64,000 bases of DNA, taken from the NCBI GenBank assembly GCA_034419075.1, contig DAOULR010000022.1:2598-66597 (forward strand). Direction: 5' to 3'. Source of the DNA: Dehalococcoidales bacterium. Lineage in GTDB: Bacteria > Chloroflexota > Dehalococcoidia > Dehalococcoidales > BS750m-G39. The translations under genes were made by a program, and so were the position numbers. The notes beneath the pieces were generated by a model that did not search any database, had not been told where the DNA came from, and was given only the letters and a program-made list of their open reading frames with translations. Shown here in pieces: positions 9,642 to 18,042 of this stretch (position 1 is the stretch's first letter; every line of letters begins with the position of its first letter).

Positions 9642-10574
9642 ATGCTGCAGCGGGGAACCATCGCCGAGGTTGACCTTGGAAAAGGTCTCCGGCGGCGGTG
9701 GCGTTTAGGTGAAAGGTTTATCGAGGGCTGGGTCTTTCTGACCGGCCTGCTGGCTATCGTCGTCCTCTTGGGCATCATCGCCCTCCTGCTCAAAGAGGGG
9801 CTGCCCGTTTTCTTTTACACGCCTCCCTGGGAGTTCTTCTTCGGTACCCAGTGGTACCCCGTCTCTGAGCCGCCCACCTTCGGCATCATGCCCTTCTTCG
9901 TTTCCACGCTCTGGATTACCCTAGTCGCCACCGCCATCTCGGTGCCCGTCGGCGTTGCCGTCGCCGCCTACCTGGCCGAGGTTGCTCCCGACAGAATAAG
10001 GGAGACGGTCAAGCCCATAATTGAGATACTGGCCGGCTTTCCCTCGGTGGTGATGGGCTTTTTGGGGCTAATGCTGCTCTCGCCGCTGGTGCAGAGCGCC
10101 TTTAACCTTAATACCGGCCTTTGCGGACTGACGGCGGGCATTATGCTCTCGCTGATGAGCCTGCCCATCATTATCAGCGTCTCCGAGGACGCCCTGCGGG
10201 CGGTACCCGACGAGTTCCGCCAGGCTTCCTACGCCCTGGGCGCCACCCGCTGGGAAACCATCAGGCACGTCTCCATCCCGGCGGCGCTTTCCGGAATCAC
10301 GGCGGCGGTTATGCTGGGGGTGGGGCGCGCCATCGGCGAGACGATGACGGTGCTCATGGTGGCCGGCGGCGCCCTGGCCGTACCCGTCTCTCCCACCGAG
10401 CCCATGATGCCGATGACGGCGGCTATCGCCTCCGGTATCGGTAACGCCGTGCGCGGCGGCCTGCAGTACCGGGCGCTTTTTGCCATCGGTCTGATTCTAT
10501 TCATTCTCACCCTGGGGGTTAATATCGTCGCCGACCGCGTCTTAGAGCGCCAGAAGAGGAAGTTCGCCCGATGA
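9642..10574 (+). CDS. pstC: Phosphate ABC transporter permease PstC
   Basis: 310 aa polytopic protein. EAA-type loop (ALGATRWETIRHVSIP). Confidence 0.85.
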   Translation: MLQRGTIAEVDLGKGLRRRWRLGERFIEGWVFLTGLLAIVVLLGIIALLLKEGLPVFFYTPPWEFFFGTQWYPVSEPPTFGIMPFFVSTLWITLVATAISVPVGVAVAAYLAEVAPDRIRETVKPIIEILAGFPSVVMGFLGLMLLSPLVQSAFNLNTGLCGLTAGIMLSLMSLPIIISVSEDALRAVPDEFRQASYALGATRWETIRHVSIPAALSGITAAVMLGVGRAIGETMTVLMVAGGALAVPVSPTEPMMPMTAAIASGIGNAVRGGLQYRALFAIGLILFILTLGVNIVADRVLERQKRKFAR

Positions 10575-11443
10575 GCATGAGAGCGGGAAGCATAGCCAGG
10601 CGACAGACATCACAGCGGGCCGCTTTCGGATTGCTGACGGCGGTCACGGCTATCGTGGTCATCGTCGTGCTGTCCATAATCGTAATCATGATTATCAGCG
10701 GCGGCGAAGCCATCAGCTGGGATTTCCTCACCCAGGCGCCGTCGCAGGCGGGGAAGGCGGGTGGCATCTTCCCAGCCATCGTCGGCACCTTCTACCTTAT
10801 GCTGGGCACGATAATCTTCGCCCTGCCCATAGGGGTGATGGCGGGGATATACCTCACCGAGTACGCCCGCGATAACTGGCTGACCCGTCTCATCAACCTG
10901 GCTATAGTCAACCTGGCCGGGGTGCCCAGCATCGTCTACGGCCTTTTCGGGCTGGGCATATTCGTCCTCGCCTTCAATTTCGGCATCTCGCTGCTTTCGG
11001 CTAGCCTGACCCTGGCCTGCCAGGCGCTGGCCATGACCATAACCACCTCAAGGGAAGCGATTTTATCCGTACCCAAGGAATACCGCGAGGGCAGCCTGGC
11101 CAGCGGCGCCACTAAATGGCAGACGGTCAGGCACATCGTCCTGCCTCAGGCTAGCCCTGGCATAATTACTGGGGCGGTTCTGGCCATGAGCCGCGCCGCG
11201 GGGGAAACGGCGCCGATACTGGTGGTGGGGGCGGCCTTTCTCCTGCCCGCGCTGCCTCATTCTCCCTTCGACCAGTTCATGGCGCTGCCCTATCATTTGT
11301 ACACGGTAGCGGCTCACGTCCCTGGCATTCCCGACAGCACAATGTGGGGTGTAGCCCTGGTGCTGATGGCGGTAGTCCTGTCCTTTAATATCCTGGCCAC
11401 CATCATCAGGCTGCGCGCCCGACAGCGGAGGTACAGCTCGTGA
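10571..11443 (+). CDS. pstA: Phosphate ABC transporter permease PstA
   Basis: 290 aa. [18 protein letters not shown] loop. 4-nt overlap with pstC. Confidence 0.85.
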   Translation: MSMRAGSIARRQTSQRAAFGLLTAVTAIVVIVVLSIIVIMIISGGEAISWDFLTQAPSQAGKAGGIFPAIVGTFYLMLGTIIFALPIGVMAGIYLTEYARDNWLTRLINLAIVNLAGVPSIVYGLFGLGIFVLAFNFGISLLSASLTLACQALAMTITTSREAILSVPKEYREGSLASGATKWQTVRHIVLPQASPGIITGAVLAMSRAAGETAPILVVGAAFLLPALPHSPFDQFMALPYHLYTVAAHVPGIPDSTMWGVALVLMAVVLSFNILATIIRLRARQRRYSS

Positions 11444-12258
11444 ATATGAAATTAAGCACAGATTTGGTGGGCGAAGCGCCCGCATGCAAAAAGACCAGGT
11501 TGGGCGTCAGCCAGCTCAACCTCTTCTACGGCGATTTTCAGGCGCTGCGCAATATCACCCTGGATATACCCGAGTGCGCCATCACCGCCATCATCGGGCC
11601 TTCGGGGTGCGGCAAGTCTTCCTTTCTGCGCGTTTTCAACAGGATGAACGACCTCATCACTGGGGCCAGGGTGGAAGGGCGCATCGAGCTTGACGGCATC
11701 GATATCTACGCTAAAGATATTGACGTGGTCGAGCTGCGCAAGAGGGTAGGCATGGTCTTCCAGAAGCCCAACCCCTTCCCCATGTCCGTGTTCGAGAATG
11801 TGGCTTACGGCCCCCGACGGCATGGCCGCCATAACCGCGGCGAGCTTGAGGAAATCGTAGAAAAGAGTCTGCGGCAGGCAGCGCTGTGGGAGGAGGTCAA
11901 GGATAAGCTGGGGCAGTCGGCGCTGGCTCTGTCGGGAGGGCAGCAGCAAAGGCTCTGTATCGCCCGCGTATTAGCCGTTGGGCCTGAGGTCATCCTGATG
12001 GACGAGCCCTGCAGCGCCCTCGACCCTGTAGCCACCCTAAAAATCGAAGACCTGATGAGAAGCCTGGCCGATAACTACACCATCATCATCGTTACCCATA
12101 ATATGCAGCAGGCGGCACGGGTATCGGATATGGCCGCCTTCCTGATGATGAAGAAGGATAGAGCTGGCGTGCTGGTAGAATACGGCGCTACTTCCGATAT
12201 ATTTACCAACCCCAAGGATAAGCGTACCGAGGACTATATCACGGGGCGGTTCGGATAA
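11440..12258 (+). CDS. pstB: Phosphate ABC transporter ATP-binding protein PstB
   Basis: Walker [10 protein letters not shown], signature LSGGQQQRL, Walker B ILMDEP. Confidence 0.9.
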   Translation: MNMKLSTDLVGEAPACKKTRLGVSQLNLFYGDFQALRNITLDIPECAITAIIGPSGCGKSSFLRVFNRMNDLITGARVEGRIELDGIDIYAKDIDVVELRKRVGMVFQKPNPFPMSVFENVAYGPRRHGRHNRGELEEIVEKSLRQAALWEEVKDKLGQSALALSGGQQQRLCIARVLAVGPEVILMDEPCSALDPVATLKIEDLMRSLADNYTIIIVTHNMQQAARVSDMAAFLMMKKDRAGVLVEYGATSDIFTNPKDKRTEDYITGRFG

Positions 12259-12277
12259 AAGCCAAGGAGGTGCCACA

Positions 12278-12946
12278 ATGGAGATAAGAACGACCTTCCA
12301 CAAGAAACTGAGGGAAATCCAGGACGACGTCCTGGCCATGGGGAGCATGGCCGAAAAGGCGGCGGCGGCTTCGGTCAAAGCCCTCAAGGAGAGGGACGTA
12401 GCTAAAGCCCGGCAGGTAGTTGCCGACGACCCTAAAATAAACAGGAAGCGCTTCGACATCGAGGAGAAGTGCGTCCAGCTTATCGCCACCCAGCAACCTA
12501 TGGCCAGCGACCTGCGCGCCATCATCTGCGTCCTCAATATCATCACCGACATCGAGCGCATCGGTGACCACGCCGAGGGTATCGCCAAGATTGTGGTTAT
12601 GATTGGTGACGAGCCACCGCTGAAACCGCTTATCGACATACCGCGCATGGCGGAAAAGGTAAACGACATGCTGCACCACAGCCTGGACGCCCTGATTAAC
12701 CGCGACGCCGCTGCCGCCCGCAAGATTGCCGCCGAGGACGACGAGGTCGACCAGCTCTACGACCAGGTCTTCCGCGAGCTGCTGACCTTCATGGCCGAAG
12801 ACCCGAAGACCATTACCCGCGCCACCCGCCTCATCTGGGTGGCGCACAACCTGGAGCGCAGCGCCGACCGCGTGACCAATATCTGCGAGCGGGTGGTCTA
12901 TATGGTGACGGGGAAGATGGAGGAGATAGGAGCCTCAAAGTACTAG
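12278..12946 (+). CDS. phoU: Phosphate uptake regulator PhoU
   Basis: 222 aa. Duplicated PhoU helical repeats with the E(R)IGDH / ERSADR motifs. Confidence 0.9.
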   Translation: MEIRTTFHKKLREIQDDVLAMGSMAEKAAAASVKALKERDVAKARQVVADDPKINRKRFDIEEKCVQLIATQQPMASDLRAIICVLNIITDIERIGDHAEGIAKIVVMIGDEPPLKPLIDIPRMAEKVNDMLHHSLDALINRDAAAARKIAAEDDEVDQLYDQVFRELLTFMAEDPKTITRATRLIWVAHNLERSADRVTNICERVVYMVTGKMEEIGASKY

Positions 12947-13082
12947 TCTGAAGAATGAGTTGCTCGTAAACTAGAATTAGTTTACTATCGGGTAATTAAA
13001 ATACCAACCAACAAGTAAGAATTACAGATTTTCAGACAAACAGAATACCTAATTAGCTTGGCAATTGGGTAATATTATTACC

Positions 13083-13219
13083 TATGGTGGGCCTTGGTTG
13101 ACAGTTCCCGAACTTTTCTTCGAGAAAAAGCAACTGGTTCCAGCTTTGCAGCAGCTGCTTTTGTCCTGTCAAAAACCCACTACTTAACTTTAATTCATCT
13201 GAAGAATTTCGTCAATGAC
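13083..13219. repeat. 137-bp direct repeat, copy B (right of Pho regulon)
   Basis: See copy A. Retains the same reading frame and the same TAA position as copy A. Confidence 0.9.
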
Positions 13220-13295
13220 AGGAGGAGGCGAGAGAAAACTCCTTTACCAAAGAACAGCTACTGACTTATAATGATGCCCGGAGGGATGGAGAGTA

Positions 13296-14852
13296 TTGGT
13301 GAAGCGGATAGCGGGAATCATTCTTATCCTTACTCTACTTTTATTACTAGGGGTGAGCTGTGATGGGAGTGAGTCTGAGCTCCCTTCTATTCCCGACACC
13401 ACGACCCCTGATACCACGGCTCCCGACACTACGGCACCCTCAATCACAAATGTCTCGGCAGAGAGTATTACCGAATTTACTGCCACCATCAGCTGGACAA
13501 CTGATGAGCCGGCCACCAGCCAGGTGGAGTACGGCACAACCACTGCTTATGGCCTGACTACTCCTTTAGACAGTGAATTGGTTACAAGCCATAGTATTAG
13601 CCTAACAGGGCTTGACCCGGGCAGCACTCATCACTTCATTGCGAAATCAGAAGACCTCGCTGGGAACGAAGCGATCTCAGACGACTATACCTTTATTACC
13701 ATTACAGGCGTGCTTGACCAGCTTGTGGTTCATTTCATTGATGTGGGCCAGGGCGATGCTATTCTAATCGACTACGGCACCAATGAAATGTTGATTGACG
13801 GCGGGAGATGGGGAGACTGTGCCGCCTATGTGCCGAGCTACATTGACGGCGCCCTGGAAGTGATGGTGGCCACTCACCCGGATGCGGACCATATAGGAGG
13901 TCTTGATGATATACTAGATATTTTCGACGTAGAGAATATATGGCTTAACGGAGACACAGCTTCCACTCAGACCTACACTGACTTCATGGCCAAAGTAAAT
14001 GCTGAGGGTGCACAGGTGCATCAGGCACAAAGAGGAGAGCAGATTAGCCTCGGCGACTTGACATTTGACGTTCTGTATCCCACGCTACCCTTGGGCTCCG
14101 ACAAAAATGAGAACTCTATAGTGCTGGAACTGGCCTTTGGCCAGATCGATTTCTTATTCACCGGCGATGTTGAAAGCGGTGGAGAAGCTAGTATGCTGGC
14201 AGCCGGTCTAATTGACGACATCGACATCCTGAAGGTGAGTCACCACGGCTCTAAGTACTGCTCAACCGCGAATTTTCTTGCCGCTGCACAGCCTGAAATA
14301 GCCATCTATTCTGCCGGAGCGAATAATACCTATGGGCATCCGGCTCCTGAGACGATCACGCGCTTATGCGATATTGGGGCAATCATCTATGGGACTGATG
14401 TCCATGGAACCATTGTGGTGACGACCAATGGAACAACTTACGATGTATATCCATCGAACGACGTGCCCCCGGTAGATTGCTCAATTTCGAGCGATATTAC
14501 TCATGACCCCACCATCAATGTTGGTAATAATGTGCAGATCACCAACATCTTCTATGACGGCCTCGTTTACCGCACAGAGTCCGATGAATATGTAGAGATC
14601 ACAAACCTCGGAAGCGAACCTCAGGACTTGGCTGGTTGGGTTTTAAAAGATATATCTGATGATGGTCCCTCATTTACCTTTCCCTCTTATGTCTTAGACC
14701 CGGGTGAAAAGACACGGGTTTACACGAATGAAATTCATGAAGGCTGCTTTAGTTTTGAGTATGGTCAAGCGATTTGGCAAAATGATCCCCCTCATGATGT
14801 CGCCGCACTATTTAATGAACATGGCATAGAAGTATCCAGAATGAGCTACTAG
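13296..14852 (+). CDS. Secreted FN3 / ComEC-type metallo-beta-lactamase / lamin-tail-domain protein (possible extracellular nuclease)
   Basis: 518 aa. Signal peptide, PDTT(T/A) repeat linker, FN3-like segment. MBL motifs DVGQGDAILI, HPDADHIGG, SHHGS. C-terminal LTD-like VEITNLGSEPQDLAGWVLKD. Confidence 0.7.
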   Translation: MVKRIAGIILILTLLLLLGVSCDGSESELPSIPDTTTPDTTAPDTTAPSITNVSAESITEFTATISWTTDEPATSQVEYGTTTAYGLTTPLDSELVTSHSISLTGLDPGSTHHFIAKSEDLAGNEAISDDYTFITITGVLDQLVVHFIDVGQGDAILIDYGTNEMLIDGGRWGDCAAYVPSYIDGALEVMVATHPDADHIGGLDDILDIFDVENIWLNGDTASTQTYTDFMAKVNAEGAQVHQAQRGEQISLGDLTFDVLYPTLPLGSDKNENSIVLELAFGQIDFLFTGDVESGGEASMLAAGLIDDIDILKVSHHGSKYCSTANFLAAAQPEIAIYSAGANNTYGHPAPETITRLCDIGAIIYGTDVHGTIVVTTNGTTYDVYPSNDVPPVDCSISSDITHDPTINVGNNVQITNIFYDGLVYRTESDEYVEITNLGSEPQDLAGWVLKDISDDGPSFTFPSYVLDPGEKTRVYTNEIHEGCFSFEYGQAIWQNDPPHDVAALFNEHGIEVSRMSY

Positions 14853-15054
14853 AAAACTCAATGCGGACTTTGCCTACCCGTTGACACCTCTCAGACTGCT
14901 GCCCTATTATTATCGAGAAGGCGCTGCCTTTTACAGCGGATTTTGCCTTGCCATTTGGCGAATTGTCCACTAAAGGTGGCGCCTTCGATTTCGGAAACAA
15001 AACCTGCAAAAAATGAGACTTGAAAAACCCGTGGAGGAATAATCCGTTGAGTTT

Positions 15055-15255
15055 TTAAGCTCCGAAACATTTGTCAAAGAGCGGGATAAATGTTGCCAAC
15101 CATAGAACACACGAAAAGCTAAAGAAAATCCAAGCAATAACTTTGAGACTGCTTCCAACTTCAGGAATGGTAATTAGCGTTAACCAGAAAGCAAAAAACA
15201 GAGTCCCCCATGAAAAAGGATTGAAGGTTAGTCTAGGCCTAATTGAGGTAACCAT
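15055..15255 (-). CDS. Small two-TM membrane protein (66 aa), hypothetical
   Basis: GGAGG 7 nt upstream of the ATG. Two clear hydrophobic helices. Same strand as, and downstream of, the ATP-grasp operon. Confidence 0.35.
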   Translation of the reverse strand: MVTSIRPRLTFNPFSWGTLFFAFWLTLITIPEVGSSLKVIAWIFFSFSCVLWLATFIPLFDKCFGA

Positions 15256-15324
15256 ATATAACCTCCATCTTTCTTAGTACTGAAGTCAAAATGGGGTATA
15301 AAAGACCGGCCAACATAACATACG

Positions 15325-15942
15325 CTATAAAACACTCACTGCGAATAGGACAAACATAATACCGAGTGATATTACGGCATAGAAAATACTGCGATAGGCG
15401 GAATACACATAATTATTACGAATAATATTTAGATACACATTTAATTCGGTATATAATGCTATCTTTTCGATCTTATCTTTTTCTGGTAATCGCATTTGTT
15501 TTGGAAACAACTGGTATACTTTATTTTTACTCCCCAATACTTCAAAAGACATGTAGCCCGCCATGATGAAGTAGCACAACGAGATAACACCAAAAGCAAT
15601 AACCCATGATTGTAACGGACTCACACTTAACTCTTCACTTACAAGTAAAGAACCTCCTAACCCGGTCATTAAAGAAACAGCAATTGTTAACCCGACTACA
15701 CTTATTCGTGCCTTACTTTCCAACGCTTTCATTTGTTCGACGGATTTATCATAGAATTCCTGGACTTCCCCAATTGTCAAGACATCCGATCCAGCCATAT
15801 ACCCAAATTTCATCTTTTGGTCTCCCAACAATTGCATCTTTTTCTCTACGAGATCATTCGCATGTCTGCAATTGAGAATTGGAAATAGGAAACAAGAAGT
15901 CATGAACACCATATTCCATGCCGATTTGATAAAGCTAGGCAT
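15325..15942 (-). CDS. Membrane protein (205 aa, 3-4 TM), hypothetical; translationally coupled to the ATP-grasp gene
   Basis: ATG overlaps the ATP-grasp stop by 8 nt. Hydrophobic helices at approximately residues 90-115, 120-150 and 180-205. Confidence 0.6.
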   Translation of the reverse strand: MPSFIKSAWNMVFMTSCFLFPILNCRHANDLVEKKMQLLGDQKMKFGYMAGSDVLTIGEVQEFYDKSVEQMKALESKARISVVGLTIAVSLMTGLGGSLLVSEELSVSPLQSWVIAFGVISLCYFIMAGYMSFEVLGSKNKVYQLFPKQMRLPEKDKIEKIALYTELNVYLNIIRNNYVYSAYRSIFYAVISLGIMFVLFAVSVL

Positions 15943-16915
15943 TTCCTAGCTCCAATAGATTACATAGTGTTTCGTGTAAAGGAATTCCGGCCGCATGGAC
16001 TAGCCAACCCCATTCTCCAGTAGGATTTATCTCAAGAAAATATATTTTATCGTCTGATTCTATCAAGTCGACAGCTCCGAAGGTTAATCCTAACGAATGT
16101 ACTAGGTTCACACATGCCTGAGATACTTCTTCAGGCAACGTGCATTCAATGAATTGGACCCCTTCTTTAATTCTTCTCCAGTCCCCTTCAACACCACTAC
16201 CATTTAATAGTATCTTTACAGGGAATATTGAATCTCCTATAACAGTAACCCTAATATCGGTCTTTGGGCGAAGATAATCCTGAATGATAACTGGCGCTAT
16301 CGACAATTCTGCAAGTTCCAGTTCGCTTCCTTTGACCACATTTGAATATACAAAGGCTTCCTTATCTTCAATCCTCAATACAGCTGTATCTATCGACTTG
16401 ATGATGTAAACTGAATCACTCTTGATATTCTCAGGGCATCTATTCGCTACAAGGGTCCTCGGTAATTGAAAACCAGCATTTTTGGCGTATTTTAGTTGTA
16501 GCAGCTTGTTTTCTGCTTTGAATGTAGCTATTGGATTATTGATCCATAGCGGATTTTCAAAGATTGCCAGGTTTCGGATAAAGGCAGCCCATTGTGTACG
16601 ATACAATTGTGTTTCTTCGGAAATATCAGGTTGATAAATGTCCCTCAGGTATATTGGAGCACGAAAATATATAGCTTTCAGATTCGGTTCTGAAAGGAAG
16701 AATCTCATATTGCTTTGTTCAATAAGTAGAGTTACGGAATCTATATCAAATGTCATCGAACATTCCGCAAACTTATCTCTATTAATCCTGAGGTAGTTTT
16801 GTTTTCGCTCACTGAGTTCAACGGTTATGTAGTCTGTGGTGTAATCTAGTGTGTCAGAAATAATTAATATCTCGGGCTCATTCACCTTTTCGATCTTCCC
16901 CTGTCTCAACATCAC
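15935..16915 (-). CDS. ATP-grasp peptide ligase, MdnC/MvdD (graspetide maturase)-like
   Basis: 326 aa. N-terminal ILIISDTLDYTTDY, KLLQLKYAKNAGFQLPRTL, DWRR, and C-terminal GLTFGAVDLI..IYFLEINPTGEWGWL closely follow my recollection of the microviridin ligase pattern. True start may be 16912 or GTG 16885. Confidence 0.8.
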   Translation of the reverse strand: MMLRQGKIEKVNEPEILIISDTLDYTTDYITVELSERKQNYLRINRDKFAECSMTFDIDSVTLLIEQSNMRFFLSEPNLKAIYFRAPIYLRDIYQPDISEETQLYRTQWAAFIRNLAIFENPLWINNPIATFKAENKLLQLKYAKNAGFQLPRTLVANRCPENIKSDSVYIIKSIDTAVLRIEDKEAFVYSNVVKGSELELAELSIAPVIIQDYLRPKTDIRVTVIGDSIFPVKILLNGSGVEGDWRRIKEGVQFIECTLPEEVSQACVNLVHSLGLTFGAVDLIESDDKIYFLEINPTGEWGWLVHAAGIPLHETLCNLLELGNA

Positions 16916-17084
16916 ATTTTTTCGTTTCCAGCTTAGGGTGGTCTTTTAATGTAACTAGTGGCTGTGCGTTTTTGTCAGAGACCCAAAATCCTTTATCGGT
17001 ATCGAAGGTGCATCCAAATGGAGGCGTTGGATCCTTAGGCAGAGGGTATATGTAAGCTTTCTCTAGGAGTAAATGATTATTCAT
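16878..17084 (-). CDS. 68-aa peptide, candidate ATP-grasp substrate (graspetide precursor or C-terminal-Glu carrier)
   Basis: GGGAGG SD. Sits immediately upstream of, and overlaps, the ligase gene. C-terminal KLETKKCDVETGEDRKGE is rich in Thr/Lys and Asp/Glu. Confidence 0.55.
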   Translation of the reverse strand: MNNHLLLEKAYIYPLPKDPTPPFGCTFDTDKGFWVSDKNAQPLVTLKDHPKLETKKCDVETGEDRKGE

Positions 17085-17146
17085 AATTCACCTCCCGGCA
17101 AATTTATAAAAATAATGATCGTCTCTCGTATTTTAACACTAATTCT

Positions 17147-17174
17147 ATTATAGTAGAACAAATGATAAATACAA
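17147..17174 (-). promoter_or_regulatory. Putative sigma70-type promoter of the peptide/ATP-grasp operon
   Basis: Minus strand reads TTGTAT-16 nt-TATAAT, about 60 nt upstream of ATG 17084, inside a 149-nt AT-rich gap. Confidence 0.35.
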
Positions 17175-17233
17175 CAAAGTGACGATTTGCGCACTCACAA
17201 CAGCAGTTAGCAACCATTGTAATGATAGACTTT

Positions 17234-18028
17234 CTACTCGAGTTCACTTTGACTTCGTATTTTCTTCATAATTGACCGTCGCCCCAAGTAAAAATTGGTA
17301 GCACTGCTGTCAGCATTCCGAGCTTTCTCAAGCACTTCTTGAATTTTTTGTTGGTCGGCTCCTTCCTTTTCCAGTCTATACGCCTCATGTAAGTAGGGCA
17401 GAGCCGGGCTCAATTCATCTGGAAAGGGAGTTTTAATTGAATCTTCGAATACTCTCTGCCAATCATGACGGGCGTAAGATCTGGTAACTTCACCGCCTTG
17501 TCGGTAATTAACTACGTCTCTGGAGGATTGTAGTCGCCTCCCTGCAGGTGAGCTAGGCCTATCTGAAGGTACTTCAACTGATTGTTCCAGAGTTGTGTTT
17601 TCTAGTTCCCCTTTTCCTTCAATTACCCAACCACTCGGAACATAATCGGGCGGTATTTGGTATGCCTCGTCAGAGATGCGAACCCACAACACCCTCGATA
17701 TTTTAAATGTTCTCTGCGCACTTCGATAGTGACAATAGGCATCAAAATATTCGCTCCCGAGACCGTAAATGTTGATATCCCTCACTTTTATCGCTGGTTC
17801 CCCAGGCATTGGGTTGCCAGTTTCATACTCCATCGTTACACGAAGCTTTCTTGTGTATCCTAATCGGAGTAACTCAATTGTTTTGCTCTTTGTAACCTGA
17901 GCTTTGCCGGAGAATTCGGCAGTAGTCAGGTGACGAGATGCGTTTTGAGAAGGTCTTCTTCTTTGACTAAGCCAAATCACTAGAGTTACGAGGGCAACTA
18001 ATAGAATGACAATCCAACCCATTTCCAA
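17234..18028 (-). CDS. Membrane-anchored WYL-like domain protein
   Basis: N-terminal TM helix (GWIVILLVALVTLVIWL). Core ..VRDINIYGLGSEYFDAYCHYRSAQRTFKISRVLWVRI.. resembles the WYL domain (aromatic-x-L...RxFrxxRI). Likely ATG start at 18022. Confidence 0.6.
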   Translation of the reverse strand: MEMGWIVILLVALVTLVIWLSQRRRPSQNASRHLTTAEFSGKAQVTKSKTIELLRLGYTRKLRVTMEYETGNPMPGEPAIKVRDINIYGLGSEYFDAYCHYRSAQRTFKISRVLWVRISDEAYQIPPDYVPSGWVIEGKGELENTTLEQSVEVPSDRPSSPAGRRLQSSRDVVNYRQGGEVTRSYARHDWQRVFEDSIKTPFPDELSPALPYLHEAYRLEKEGADQQKIQEVLEKARNADSSATNFYLGRRSIMKKIRSQSELE

Positions 18029-18042
18029 TTATCTCCATTGCC

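Noticed and set aside
4709-12847. Many long antisense or off-frame ORFs in GC-rich genes (e.g. 4709-5215, 6403-6855, 8807-9445, 12037-12723, 12239-12847; also 45297-45992, 49627-50289, 59195-59896 elsewhere).
   Set aside because: Each lies entirely inside a confidently assigned gene on the other strand or frame and translates to Arg/Gly/Pro-rich low-complexity sequence. These are typical shadow ORFs of GC-rich DNA.
13296-13370. Possible lipoprotein signal (..LLLLLGVSC) on the FN3-MBL-LTD protein.
   Set aside because: The residues before the Cys (G-V-S) fit the lipobox consensus only loosely. I call it a signal peptide without claiming lipidation.
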